A DNA stretch of 24,481 bases from Chiloscyllium plagiosum. Lineage: Eukaryota. The notes beneath the pieces are model-generated. The model saw only the letters and a program-made list of their open reading frames with translations, was not told where the DNA came from and searched no databases. The position numbers and the translations under genes were made by a program. Where the stretch lies: NCBI RefSeq assembly GCF_004010195.1, contig NC_057711.1, positions 78,463,156-78,487,636 of the forward strand, read 5' to 3'. Shown here in pieces: positions 22,560-24,481 of this stretch. Position 1 is the stretch's first letter. Every line of letters begins with the position of its first letter.

Positions 22560-24075
22560 CTAGAGTTTTCAAAGTGAGTAAAAAGATAAAACTTTTGTAT
22601 CTGAATGTATTTAGCATTGAATCTTAACAGATGAACAGAGAATGCAAGTAGAATTGGGTAAGTGTGATCTGGTAGCTATTTCCGACACATGGATGCAGGT
22701 GACATTGAATGGAACAAGAATCTTGAAGCATGCAGGACTTTTAGAAATGACTGGAAAGTTGGAAAAGGTGGAGGATGGCTCTGTAAGTTAATGATGTCAT
22801 TTTCACAATGGAGAAAGATGACGTAAATTCAGGAAACCAAGTTGTGGGAACAGATTAGTGAGAAATGAGAAATAATAAAAGCAAGAAGGCACTTGTCGAA
22901 ATAATGAAAGCAGTATGGTTGCATAGCAATTGGCACTGCTGCCTCACAATGCCAGGCATTGGGTTCAATCATAGCTGTGGGTGACCCTGTGTGGAGTTTA
23001 CATATTCTTCTGTGTCCATGTGAGTTTCTGTCAGGTGCTCCAGTTTACTCCCACTGTTCAAAGATGAGTAGGTTAGGTAAATTGCTTGCAGTGTCTAGGG
23101 GTAGTGCAAGCCAGGTGGATTAGTCATGGGAAATGCAGGGTTATGGAGATAGGGCGCGGGGTTAGGTCTGAATGAGATGCTCTTCGGATGATTGGTGCAG
23201 ACTTGATGGGCAGAATGGCCTCTTTCCACACTCTGGGGATTCTATGGTGTATATGGCCTGTAACAATAACACATGGTAGGATAGAACATAAAGGAAGAAA
23301 TTATGAGAGCTTATCAGAAAGGCACAGTGATACTCATGGGAAATCTTAATCTACATTTAGACTGGAAAAGTAGGATGAGAAAAGATAGTTGAGATAAGAA
23401 GTTCACAGATTTCAGATAATTTCTTCAAACGGCATGTTCTGGAGTGGACCAAAGACAGGCATACTAGACTTGGTATCATACAATGAGATAAGATTAATTG
23501 ATGATTAATTAAATGAAGGTTTCCATAAAAAACAGCGACCATAGTATGATTGCAGTTCACCTTCAGTGTGAGAGGGAGAAAAGAGGGGTCTGAGACTATT
23601 TGTAAAATTCAAAGAAGGGGGTTATGAAATCACAGCTGGCTAAAGTGAATTGATGAATTAAGTTAAAGGCTAAGTCAACAGAGCAGTGGCAAACATTTAA
23701 TGAGATATTTCAGAACAGACAGAATAAATATTTCCAATGATTACGAAAAGCTGCAAGGGGCAGACCCATTTTCAATAGTTAACTCACAAAGTCAGGGATT
23801 ACACCAAACTAAAAGAAAAATAATATCACTGTGCAAAGACAGGTAGCAATTTATTTTCTCTCAGAGGATTGTGCATCCTCGGAACTCTCTTCCTAAAACA
23901 GTAACAGAAGCAGAGTCCTTGAAATTTTTTAAGATGGGGTAGATAGACTCCTGTTAAGCAAAAGTGTGAAAGGTTATCAGAGACAGATGAGAATGCAGAT
24001 TTGAGATTACAATTGGAATAATGATGATCTTATCGAATGACAGCCCAGACTTGAAGAGTTGAATTGTGTTACTCA
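22560..24075 (+). mobile_element. CR1 ORF2 endonuclease region joined to a CR1 3' end (pseudogenised, SINE-interrupted)
   Basis: Degenerate APE motifs KLLYLN, DLVAISDTW, GKGGG and VILMGNLN, plus SDH (AGCGACCAT at about 23534). Then FSQRIV..NSLP at 23851 onward and the CR1 tail GATCTTATCGAATGACAG..CTTGAAGAGTTGAATTG. Confidence 0.82.
22910..23246 (+). mobile_element. HE1/V-SINE-like SINE, older copy nested in CR1
   Basis: GCACTGCTGCCTCACA..GGGTTCAATC..TGTGTGGAGTTTACATATTCT..AAAGATG..TTCCACACTCTGGGGATTCTATG is colinear with 2067-2384. Confidence 0.85.
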
Positions 24076-24313
24076 TTTTTTTTATTTTCTGTAAATCAGG
24101 ATTACATAGAATAGATATTACTTTTTAAAAGAACAAAATATTTGTCTGTTAGTGTATTTTACAGGTCATAACACTAAAACAGAAAAGAGCCATTAACCCA
24201 ATAGACTCAAATGCAGCAAACACCAACATATGTGAACAACACAAATCAACAAGAGGCTGACACAACTAAGCAACAACTTATTGCAGTCAATAAAGGGGAC
24301 AAGTTTTCCACTG

Positions 24314-24481
24314 AGCTGAAAATGTGTTGCTGGAAAAGCGCAGCAGGTCAGGCAGCATCCAAGGAACAGGAGAATTGACGTTTTGGGCATAAGCCCTTCT
24401 TCAGGAATGAGGAAAGTGTGTCCAGCAGGCTAAGATAACAGGTAGGGAGGAGGGACTTGAGGGAGGGACGTTGGAATTGCG
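24314..24481 (-). mobile_element. Penelope-like element terminus (runs off the window)
   Basis: TTGCTGGAAAAGCGCAGCAGGTCAGGCAGCATCCAAGGAACAGGAGAATTGACGTTTTGGGCATAAGCCCTTCTTCAGGAAT is highly similar to 3859-3940. It continues into purine-rich PLE body sequence. Confidence 0.8.

Overview
Vertebrate genomic DNA, most likely from a cartilaginous fish (shark). That is inferred from the repeat repertoire: HE1/V-SINE-like and Deu-domain SINEs, CR1, Rex1/Babar and RTE LINEs, and Penelope-like elements. The only host coding sequence I can support is the 136-bp first coding exon of a Gq-class G-protein alpha subunit on the minus strand (19475-19340; GNA11 slightly favoured over GNAQ). Its CpG-enriched promoter/5'UTR lies at about 19480-20050. 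Bases 1-19339 are its intron 1 (no exon 2 found) and the right end is upstream sequence; both are mostly decayed retroelements. The two most notable structures are (i) a young, TSD-flanked Penelope-derived insertion forming a perfect 93-bp inverted repeat that encodes a minimal hammerhead ribozyme motif on each strand (3813-4048), and (ii) a ~265-bp inverted duplication of a SINE half plus unique flank (2272-2536 / 4502-4764) that brackets it and may mark a small inversion. I see no evidence of a wholly new multi-gene system. Repeat family names come from recall of consensus sequences, not from a database search, and most repeat boundaries are approximate.
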